The notes below the pieces were generated by a model. It was given only the letters and a program-made list of their open reading frames with translations, did no database searches and was not told the origin of the DNA. The translations under genes and the position numbers were made by a program. A stretch of 64,000 bases of DNA from Callorhinchus milii (lineage: Eukaryota), in assembly GCF_018977255.1 (NCBI RefSeq), contig NW_024704752.1, positions 12,958,001-13,022,000 of the forward strand, given 5' to 3'. Shown here piece after piece: positions 1-18,906 of this stretch. Position 1 is the stretch's first letter, and every line of letters begins with the position of its first letter.

Positions 1-4
1 TTAG

Positions 5-7602
<7,598 letters not shown>

Positions 7603-9732
7603 GATCCCCTCATCTCCTCCCAAAGGACCCGGATCAAGTATCTCAATCTGCACCAACATGGCAGAGCAGCTGTTGATTCCTACTCTGGCATTGCCATGTG
7701 CCTGTCATTGGTCACCTACACAAGCAAGATTTGTCTTAAAGAAAAGTATTCCCCATAGACCTTCTCTCTCCCCTCCCCCTTGACAATATCAATACTTGAA
7801 CTGCAGATCAAAAGAATTGTCTCCGCAGAGGGTAGATTTTTCCCACAATTGCTGTTTGCTCTGCCAGTCGCTTGTCTCTTCTTTTCTCCTCATGGACCTG
7901 TATAGGGTGAGCTGGGCTTTGGGATGCTCTGCTTGATGCCTTTTTTTTGTATATTGTGTATCTCAGCGGTGGATTGCATCCTTAGAATTCAGGAGAAATG
8001 TGGAATATCTGCCCTGATTATGCTTTTACTGTTTTTACTAACAATCAAATTCTGATGGTCAACTTCATCAGCTACTTCTCATGCAGCGAATCACGGGTTC
8101 CCTTCGTACCCATGAGAGATGTGATTTTATTTCTTGGTCTTAAATGATGCCTCAATGACTGTGTGCACCCATGGAGTAATCTTAGGGAAGTTAATTTTTC
8201 CGTTACGATCATTAAAGACAGTTGATGTAGTTAGACTAGTTTAAAATCTTGGCCTGAATTGGAAGAGCGGTTTCAGATCATATTGGAAAAGCTGGTTTAC
8301 ACTGAATGTTTTCCCAGCAGCCATATGTTTCCCAGTGTCTGTGTTACTTCTACAACTGTCTTGCATTGAAGTCCTATGATAGTCACCTCACTGAAACCAA
8401 GTCAGTAAGACTGGTGTTGATAGAAATGGGTTGTGTGTGTGTGTATTTACTGTAAGAACTGGTTAGTTTAGGTGAAAGAGCAGTATTTGGATAGTATTGA
8501 AAAGTAAAACAGTATTCCCATCTGCTTGGCTATGTAGGCCAAAAATCAAGAAACTTGCATGGTCCCCAGCATTGAAAATATATTTATTTTTTATTAGAAA
8601 TCCACTTTTAAAGTGGTTCATTTTCACAGACCTATTTAAAAAGGGCATTCGCCATCATAGCATAGATGGCAATAACACATCAGCTCCCAGTAGCTCAGAT
8701 GTAGTAGTTGGGTGCAAATAAATGTAAAGTATTTTTACATGAAATGAAAGAACTTGCATTTTATCACACTTCTCTGGTAATTACTGGAAAGCGGCAGTCA
8801 TTGGTGCCAACAAGGTCTCAGAAACAGTCACCAGTCACAGTCATCAGTGAGGCTGCCACTGAGCTTGGCAAGGTGCGCGCACTCAAAATCTTTGGATTGT
8901 ACCGGAGTGAAGAATTAGCACCCAACTGTCACTATTTGAAGCTCTGCTGAAGAGGGAATACTGTCAAAGGTAGAAAACTCAACTTGTTACGGGTTACTCG
9001 AGTTCTGTTTTTGGAAAGGCAAGGCATTGTCCATCAATTTCTGGGAGTGTTGGTGAATGTGTGGCTTGTTGCTGCAATGATGTAAGGATCAAACTTAACA
9101 ATATGCAGAACACATCCATTAAGTGCCTAACATCTGTAATGAAGTGCCTAACCGCAGAGTCTGACATAACTGGTGATTTGGGGTTTTGGACTTTTTTAAT
9201 TAATACTACAAAAAATAAAATTTTTAGAAAAATGGTTGTGTGGGAATGTTCTTTTTGTAATTGCTCGACTCAATCATAGAATTACACAGCACAGAAGGAA
9301 GCCACTTGGCCCACATACTTGTGACATTTTCCTGTTGTCAGCAACTGTGTCTGTGCTTGATACCAATATGGCAATGTACAATTCCCAGCTCAACTTAATT
9401 ACATTGCAACAAAATTAATGGAAAAAAACATTTGTTTAAATAAAGATGGGTGTGGTAGTAGTATTTGACATTTTTAAAGTAATCAAAACTACAGTTAGAG
9501 AATTAGACTGGCTTTCAGTGCAAAATGCCTGGTTGATTATTGATTGGCTGCTTTTCTTGTACACGTGTATTTAATCCTAGTGCCCTTGAAACTGATTGCT
9601 GTCAGACTAAATGCCACGTTACCAAAGACTGTTTTTTAAAAAAAACTGAAAAGCATTTTGAGCCACACTCCATCCTACAGACCTGTATCAGGTGTGTTCC
9701 AGACAATCATACAGAAAATTTCTTCCCTAAAC

Positions 9733-12115
9733 ATGGCTGGACTTAATGTTTCATTTGGGTATTTCTGTATGGTCATTGCCATTTGTGAGTTTGTCAGGAG
9801 GATCTCCAGGAAACTTTTGCCAATCCACATCTACTCCAACTTGGTGGTGGAGTTCGTCTCCTGCTTCCAGTTAGCTGCCTGTTGGTTTGAACGTGAGATG
9901 CTTGTGGAAATTGGATCTTGGGGAGGCGGATATGGAACTGATGTGGTTACGACACTGCTGTTTGTTCTCTTCTTGATCCATGAAGCCACGTTTGATGGAG
10001 CTGAGGCTAATCCCTTGGTAACCATGCAAGAATTGCTCCGCTACAATTCCTCTATGAAAGCCAGCATTGTGAAGCTCTTTGCTCAATTCGGAGGGACAGA
10101 GCTTGCGAGAATAGTCGCAAAGATTTACTGGTCATGGGAGCTAACAGATTTCCATCTCATCCAGAATCTGATGGCCATAGATTGCAGCTCATCCATCAAG
10201 ACATCAATTGGCCAAGGAATCTTTGCTGAAGCAATCTGTGCCTTCCTTTTCCACCTGGTTTTGATGAAGCTTGAAAGAACAATTGTTGGATACAGGATTA
10301 TCTTCAAAGCCCTATTAATCACTGCCTTGGTGTACATAGGTGAGCCCTCAAATCCAATTAGTATTATCCCCATTAAAAATATCTGCAGTATTAAATCACT
10401 GCACTACTGGAATTACTCCACTCAATCGGATCCCTGTCACATGATCTCAATATATCCTGAATTGTATTACATTTGTGCATAGAAAAATGGGGTTTGTGCT
10501 TCTTCTGAATCCAGTACCCAAACCGTAATCCATATTTAACAACCCTAGGCTTCATGAGCAATCCGATATGTACAGGAGTCACGCTCCCCCACTGTCAAGC
10601 ACTCTGGGGCACAATATAAATGCAAGTTGTTGTTGTCATACTGTTGGTGGAGTTGGGATGTATGCACTTTGTGGGCAATAAGATTGGTCTTGCTGACATT
10701 TTAGTGCTCATATTCTGAAGCTCCATTGATTATTTTTTTTAAAAAATTCATCTCTAGAATACGTATCCTGTATTTGAGAGTAATATGATGTGTACGTACT
10801 GCAGAGATGGAGAGATTGACTAGCAGTGTCAACCATGCACTTTGGCTCAGCAAAAGGGAGACTTTGCTGGTTTGAATTTATTTTTGTCTCTTGTGTAGTT
10901 GGCCCGTACACAGCAGCACTGTTTAACCCAGCACTTGCCTTCTCATTCACGTTCCACTGTTCTGGAAACACATGGTCAGAATACATGGCCGTCTACTGGC
11001 TCAGTCCATTTGTTGGTGAGTATCATCGACCCTCTTATTGCTGAGACTTCAGGGCACTCGAACCCATTGCAACTGCAGTTACACCGTTAAATCTTCATGA
11101 CTATTCATCTATATGATAATGAGTGAATGAATCAGGCTGTTTGTATTACTGGGTCTACATTACTGACCCTGTCGCTTTTCATTTTCTGTGTTGCTGTTAC
11201 TGAATTCATATCTTTTCTGTGACTATTCTGTGTGACTGTAATGCTGGCTGTCTCAATATCCTAATAAGCAGGAGTCTGTATGACTGATTAGCTTTGTACA
11301 ACTATTACAGTGCTGCACTCCATCGGTGTGTGTGCAAATAGCCGTACCACTGGATTTGATGGAAAAATGTCAGTAGAAGGAGAAAAAAATGTTCAAAATA
11401 AATATTAAGAAACACTAAAAACAAGTATTTCCAAGTTTTCTCTCAAACCTCCCAAAAACATCCAAATGGATAGATTTATTAAACACCGGCAATCGCAGCT
11501 TACAAAATATAATGGGGTTAGTCTGAAAAATGAACTGTACAGCCGGGGGAGGAGGGAGGAAATCCTTCTCTATTCCCTCCTCGCTCCCTCCCTTCCCTCC
11601 ACTCACCCTGACCATGTCCCCCCTGCTCGGGTCCTGACCCAACTGTCCAGCGCTTTGGGACGTCCTCCCGATGTGAAAGGCGCTCTATAAATGGAATCTT
11701 GTTGTTGTTGTTCTGCTTACAGCTGATTTTAAAACGTTAGCACTGCATTGATTGCTGTAATCAAGGATAATCAATCTGCTTGGCAAGCTCCTTGTCCTCT
11801 TTAACAATGTAAACCTCTTACATTGGTTTACAGAGAGATCAGGTAATTCATTCATGCAAATCTCCTCTTGTTGCAGCAATGTTTCTGGCTGTCTTTCTTT
11901 TCAACGGAAACGTTCCCCTCCTTTTCTCCACGAATCTGATGTATTCCCAAAAGCCCAAGTACAAAATTCCTAAAGGGAAATCGACACCAGAGGCTGGAGA
12001 GAATAAATCAACGAAACGTGAAAAGGGTGACGAGAGGCTCGAAAATAACCGCAGAGGTGGAAACAAACGAGTGAAATTCACCCCATTCGGTTTACAGTGT
12101 TTTATGTGGTTATAA
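9733..12115 (+). CDS. AQP12: Aquaporin-12 (unorthodox/superaquaporin)
   Basis: Exons 9733-10339, 10899-11015, 11877-12115. N-terminus MAGLNVSFGYF, first box NPL, second box NPALAFSFTFHC with the superaquaporin-specific downstream Cys, and a C-terminal LFSTNLMYSQKPKYKIPKGK typical of AQP12. Confidence 0.93.
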
Positions 12116-14524
12116 TCATTGGTTAATTGGTCTGTTATTGACCTGTACCTTAGTGACCCTGAGATACTCATTCTATAGTGACCCTGATATTATGTATTCC
12201 TGTATTTGCCCTCTTGCATTCACCCACTGGTATCTCCCTACGTGTACACCTTTTTGTTTTGGGTCAGTCAGTTGTTTGACATAGACAGAAAACCTCCTCC
12301 ATGTGCAGTTCATTATACTATTTCACAAGTATTTCACACTTGTTAGTAGTTTCTAGACACTTATTTTGAGTTTGCTGTTCAGAATTAAGTGGGGTTTGTG
12401 AGAAAGATAATTTTAAGTGGTCAGAGGGAGATTCCAGTTTACTTATTCATTAAACATCCAACATTGCAACAATTAGAATCGTGTAATATGGGGCCAGTAA
12501 TATGTCAGTAAATATACAACCAGCCTGCAACTATTTTTCCCTAAGATTGCTTTGCTGAAATGTTGTTGAAATGGAACATTTAATCAGTAATGAACTGAAA
12601 ATTCCAATTTGTTTGGTATTTTCTGTACTGGTTTCAAAGCAAAAAAAAATGCTCTGATTTATCAGTGAAATAAACATGTGATTTGACTGACGAGTCTGTG
12701 TTACTGTGTAGCAATAAAATATGGGAGGTTATCAAGAATCATCAGCCTTTTTATATAAGTTCAGGCCTCAGCAGCGCACCTGATTAATGGTATCTATATA
12801 AAAACACACTTCACAATTCTTCTTCACGATGGTATGTTTTTATTTCCTGGACTGTCCTCATGGCAGGAATTGAAGGCATCAAAACAGGAGAGGGGTAAAT
12901 CGAGGGGTCGGTAGCTGAATGCTGTCAATCGTATGTGAGTGAAAGGGTTGGAAAAATACGGCCAAGGCGACATTCCTCTCCTTGAGAAAAAAATGCCATC
13001 CGACCTTCACCAGGAATTTGATAGAGTGCAAATAGTGTGTTGTCACTACCTGCAGTGTTAAGTGCTTTTATTTTTCTTCTTGCTTTATTTCGCTCATCCC
13101 TCTTCCTCTAGCACTACAGGTTGACACAGAATCCGCTTACGGCTACAGCTCGTTCAGAATTCAACTGCTTTATAATCTCAATTGATTTTAGAACAATTTT
13201 GCTCCAGCTAAGGAATGTGATTTTCTTCATTAGGTTGAAATTGACCGTCAACAGTAGGGGGAGAGATCGTACCATATGGTCAGCAATGGAAAAGCAGATT
13301 GTCACAGGAGAAGCCAAATTCTGATATCTGCAACAGGAAAGCTTAGGTTTTTTTAAAAATAAAGGTTCTTAAATTCTTCTTTAGTTCCCTTTTTCTTTCA
13401 TTGCATGTAAGTACACGTATTGTGTTTAAGCATTATTTGGCAAAACCTGTAAACCCTCATTTGTCTTATTTTAAAATACTTTTTATTTACGTATTTTTGT
13501 AACAGTCAAAATAAAGTTGGCACCATGCACACCAGAACAACAACAAAAAACAATTTCAGCCACAATACATTGAGAATATATACACTCAAGATATACACAC
13601 ATAAGATACACATTAGCCACACAAACGCACAAATTATATTTATCCCTCCACACCATAAGAACATGAGCTAAGGAAGAGCCCAGTAGATTTGGATGAACCA
13701 AAATCTGAGTACTATGGATCAGAGTCCCTTTATTTTAAAAAAAAGGCTAGTTTCCTCCCCACCACCATACGTAGTTACTAATGTTAGTTGAGGCATTCCT
13801 GACATGAGAGGTGCTATATTAAATTTTATTATTATTAGCAATAAGAGTATCCAGACCAAGACACTGTCTGCAGATATTCAAAAGATTATGTTTGATAAAA
13901 CTAATTCGTCTCGAAGCCTGGAAGAGTATGATGACAGAGCGGGGCAGTGGAATTAAAATTTCTTCCAAGATCTAATAAAATGGTGGGATAGAATCAATGG
14001 GCTAAATAGCCTCGTGTTCCTGTTTTCTTATGTTCTAAGGCTTTTCAGGTCACTTGGAAACAGATGGATTTTGAAGGAGATCCTTCCAGTAACACACAAC
14101 ATTTAGATGTAGAATAAGGTGTCAATCAATCTATCCATTCCAGAATAAACCAGTGCGTCTTTTGTTTAAAAATAAACATGATGATGTTAATACTGTATTT
14201 GATGCTCCTAACAATTTTGGACCAGTAGGGTTGATTTTAAGCAGGTGCAGATAATATTGCCAAGGACTCTGATGCCTCTCCAAGATCTCCAACATCTATT
14301 GAGTCTATAACATCTGTCTAACATGGCTTTCCATGTGTGGTCTCTTAAGATGAGTTTCCTGTATTTAATATTTTACACTGGGCTTTTCCTTTTTTTTGTC
14401 GGATTTGCTATCGAGTTTATTCTCCCTGATTGTCTGCTGAATTCTGGTCCCTCAATTCATCAAGGTTTGAGTTATTTGGTGTATGCAGAAGTCGAACAAT
14501 ATACTATTATCCTGCTACTATTTA

Positions 14525-17500
14525 TCAGGAATACTGCTTATCATAAAGTAGTTTAGTGTACTGCAGTTCAGGAATGACAAGACGCTGGCATTTCACCGTG
14601 ATGGTGTGATCCAAGTCTGGGTTGAGGTTATAGCCGAGGATTCTTGCCTTGCCGAACTGGAATGGTTTGAGAGCCTTATCTTTGATTTTAGAGGCATCAA
14701 CAGCTCCACCGTGTTTCCAGACAAGTTTTCATCAGCTCCGTCTGCTTTTGCCGCAACTTATCCACTTCTTGCTGCATCCTTTTTCTCCCAATTGTCTCGT
14801 CAATTTTCTGCCAAAATGTTTTATTGAAGTGGAGATAAAGATTCCAGTCTACTGCATTCCAGTCCTTTATCTCTTCAATCGTTTCTTGAGATAAGTGCTC
14901 CTTTGTGGCATTGCTTCTGATGTTGAGTTTGAAGAAAACCACATCATCAAACTCCCAGCAAAGGGCTTCTTTCAGAAGAATAATTGATTCGTCAAAATAT
15001 TCAGTGACCAGAATCAGATTAAACTGTGTCTCTATTGTACTGATAATAGAAGCCATGTATTTTTCAGAGTAGTTTGCATTGTTATCAAATCCAAAGTCAA
15101 AGGACAAAAGATTCCTAGCATAGTGGTTATTAGCGGCATTGTTATAATATACCCAGGGATCCTTTACAAACTCAGTGAGTGAACTAGCTTTGTAGAAGGC
15201 TGGAGCAGAATGTTTGTAATATGTGAAAGATGACTCCATCAGAGTGGTTGGATTTCGCACAATTGAAAAGTAAAACGTCTCTTCAGGCATAACCTTCTTC
15301 ACCTGTGGGAAGGGAAATCGTATTGAGACAATCAATTTCCAAACCGTGCTCTTCTATTTCGTGAAAATGTTAGTGAGGCTAATAATGGAATCTAGCTTTC
15401 TCAGACAACATTGTCATAATTAACAAATGATCAGTCGGGATGAGACTAGATGGAGACTTGTGGAGTCCTGTAGCTCAGTGGTTAGAGCACACGCTTTGCA
15501 AGCGAGAGACCTGAGTTAAATTCCAGGCAGAGGGCGAAACCTTGGGCAAGTTTCCTTACTCCACACGCCTGATAATAATCCCTCCAAAAACAATAATAAA
15601 TTGGTCATTTTCAATCTACGACTGTTTGTGAGACATTGCTGTGCGCAATTGGCTGCCGCGTTCGCCACAAATATACAGTCAATTCACTTTACAGTGTGTT
15701 CTGTGAAGCGCTTTGGGATGTCCTCCCGACGTGAAAAGCGCTATATCAAATGCAAGGATTATTATTATTATTATTAGATATTTACACAGGTAACAATAAC
15801 AACTTGCATTTATATAACTCCCCTCACGCAGGGTAGCATCCCAGAGCACTTAACATTCATGCAAAGGTCCTATGCATAACTATGTTGGTGAATAGCATTC
15901 AGTTGAATAGTTTGGGACCCAGTGATGTTTGGTTATTTGTGTGGTGAACATTCAGCGTATGTGATTGAATTTAATGTTAGGGCGAGTGCGTGCATGTGTG
16001 TGCATATTGGAGAGGGGGTGCGCCATACTGAGCATTCAGTGTTTAGCATTCAGTTTGTGAGAGACGGGCATGAATATTCATCATCTTCACTTTACACAGG
16101 TGAGTATTAAATTAAATCCAGTCGAATTACCAATTATACAAAATCTAGTCATACTTTCAATATATTATTACGACTAAGATTGAAAACTACTTCTGGAGAA
16201 GGCAGATGCTTGACAAGTGAGGTATGATGTGAACATATTAGGGTGAAGCAGGAAGCAACTGTTCCATGTTAGTGATTTTGAGGATCCAAAACACCTTGGG
16301 ATAGTGATTCCCTTTCTTTACATTGACACCAATTTAGAGGGAGATGAAGAGCAATAACTTGACACTTCTGCATTGATGAGGGTTTTGATTTCAAGACAAA
16401 AGTTCAGATTCAGCATTAACTTGATCAGGGTTTTGTGTGGCAACCAGACTAAGAGCTTTACTATAACTTTTAAAACTACATATACAGTAAAACTTGCATA
16501 AATCTGATCTGTATAAATTGTATAATCGGCTAAGTCGTATATCTGCCCAAGTCCCGTTGAATTCCCTATTATTAATAAATTTCACATAACTCATAGTTTT
16601 CATAAATCATATTAAATGTATGGTCCCAACTGATACTACTTATGCGAGGTTTACTGTATAGTATATTTGAAAAAAAAGACAAATTAATAAAAAATCTCAA
16701 ACCAATGAACTTTGTGAAAAAGGACTGTTTCAGTGGAACAACTGAGATCAGAAACTACACAGCTGTTCACCGGAGAGGGTCTCAGATCCTGAATTTAGTT
16801 ACTTGGTCAAAGTGAAATTACTTTATTTTGATTATACTTATTATTTATATATTGATTACCAGGTTTGCCTGCCCTTGGGTGCAAGTATACCTGTATTAGA
16901 AATACATGTTGGTTCATGGTCTTACCTCTGGCAGATAGAATCTCAAGTGATTACACATGATATTGTACTGATTCCATTTTGTGGGGAAGCCTGCGACCTG
17001 CTTTGCTGAGAAGAATTTAGGGTAGCCCAGTTGGAAAGATGGCCTGCGAGGAAGCGCCAAAACCAGACCATTGGCTTCTCCAAAACGGTAAAGTATGTTC
17101 AGGATGGTACTGCTAGCCGATTTATGCGTTTTTAAGAACATGATGTGAGTCTTCGGACTACAGGAAGCCTGTGCATAAGCTGGTGCTTCTTCACGTCTAC
17201 CTGTCTTTTTCAGGTCATTATGCTTTGATGGGACGCTGACAAATGTTGGCACTGCAAATAGTTCTTTGGTCATCTTTCGTTTTACATTGGCCGACCACGA
17301 TTCTTGGTTTGGAGGGATTACGTATTGTAGACCCTGAATGTGCTTTCCCTCTACCAGTCCTTGTTGATTTGATACTGCTTGAATGTCCTGAATTAGCTGC
17401 TTTAGGGCTTTTAGTCCTGAAGATATAAGGCTCTCCTTTCCTGTATATTTTACTATTCTATCATGGAACTCACTGTGATGACTTTCCTGGATTCCTACTT

Positions 17501-18906
17501 CTGAAGCCCTGCCATCTGATGGATTGTTTAGATTAAATTTCTTGTCGTGCATTTCCTTACTTGCTTCCAAATTATTGATACCGGTTTTCATTGCCATTTT
17601 CCCTTCTTTTTGAAATAATTGCAAATTTGCTGATTTCTTTGTTTCATTTTCAAGGAAATCTTTTGGCATAAAGGCTTCCTGTCTACTTTTATTCTCCAAA
17701 ATCTTTAGAAGTATGGCTGGAAGATACTCTTTAGTTTGCTTCTCATAAAAGTTCTGATCAAGCGTATATTTGAACATTGGGTTCTCCTGAATATCCATAG
17801 ATTGGTGGACTCCGGCCTTCTGAGCTGAAAGTAGTGACTCTAATGGGTTTACTTGATGTAGTTGTAAATTGTGATCATATTCTTGTAGCGGCTCGACTAT
17901 CTGCTTTTGATACTTAACATCTTTCCTAAAAATAAGAACCGGACATTAAAAAAAACATATCAACCATCTCAGAAACGGAGGAAACAAAAACAACAGCTTG
18001 CATTTGTATAGCACCCCTCACATAGGGTAGCGTCCCAGAGCGAAACAAGTTAAAATGGTTGTTTGATGAATAGAGAATGAAAATATCAAATCAATTTAAC
18101 AACTTGTATTTATATAGCTTCACTTCAACCTTCTTGACACTGTTTCAGTGAACAGAGAATGCAAAATTGATGCCTGGTGTTGCTAACCATTGTCTTTCCT
18201 GAGCCAGTACAGGTGCAGTAAGACACCACAGATCAATGCTCTTTAGAATAGTGCTAAGAGTGAGAACATATAATACATAATAATACTCTTGCATTTGTTT
18301 TAGAGCCGATAATGTTGAAACATCTCAAAATGCTTCACATGTAATCGCTGTCAAGTGTAGTCACTTTACAATTGTAGGCAAACTCAACAGCCAAGTTGCA
18401 AACCTTAATGTCTCACAAACCGGCATGAAGTGAAGGACCAATTTATCGGAAGGATTGTTGGAAAATCTCTATGCTAGAGACAATGCCCAAGATCTAACCC
18501 TAATCCTATGTTTTTGCTAGGGAAACTTTTCTATATTTATACCGTGTTATGTTTGGTGGAAGGGTAAATTCCTTAAATCCCTGATCCAACTTGAGGTTTG
18601 TAAATGTTGTAATTATATCCTCCAATTCAGTGATTACATCTTGCACCTTATTGACTCCTGTCATTCTCCCTTCATACTAATCAATTGCCCACAAGATGTA
18701 GTGTCATTAGCTGATTCTTTAATAGATAAAGAAATTCATACTTATTTGAATAATGTGTTGGGCTGCGTGATCTATTCCAATGAAAAGGAATAATTTACCT
18801 ATATTTGGATAATCCAATCATCTGGATGGTGAACGAGATGACAGTGAAGATAGCCAGAATCAACCATATTCGTTCCCTTTGAAGCTTTGGCTTATGCTTT
18901 GAGTTT
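14525..18906 (-). CDS. GAL3ST2: Galactose-3-O-sulfotransferase 2-like (long stem; apparent +1 frameshift near 14711-14716)
   Basis: Exons 18906-18799 (transmembrane [18 protein letters not shown]), 17925-16926 (1000 bp; [21 protein letters not shown], 5'-PSB motif) and 15302-14525 ([40 protein letters not shown]). The conserved tail [16 protein letters not shown] lies in a shifted frame. The GAL3ST2 paralogue call is supported by linkage to AQP12. Confidence 0.85.
15459..15776 (+). mobile_element. Full-length tRNA-derived SINE with L2-type tail
   Basis: Head with A box (TAGCTCAGTGG), anticodon-like arm GCTTTGCAAGC and B-box-like GAGTTAAATTCC; body; tail gcgctttgggatgtcctcccgacgtgaaaagcgctatatcaaatgcaagg(ATT)n. 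In a GAL3ST2 intron. Confidence 0.9.

Noticed and set aside
9685-9705. PTF1 (E-box plus TC-box) site before AQP12
   Set aside because: CAGGTG is present but the TC-box match is poor; such short matches are expected by chance.
15462-15535. tRNA-Ala-like gene (TGC anticodon arm, A and B boxes)
   Set aside because: It has no proper acceptor stem and continues into a repeated body and (ATT)n tail found in several copies; it is a SINE head.
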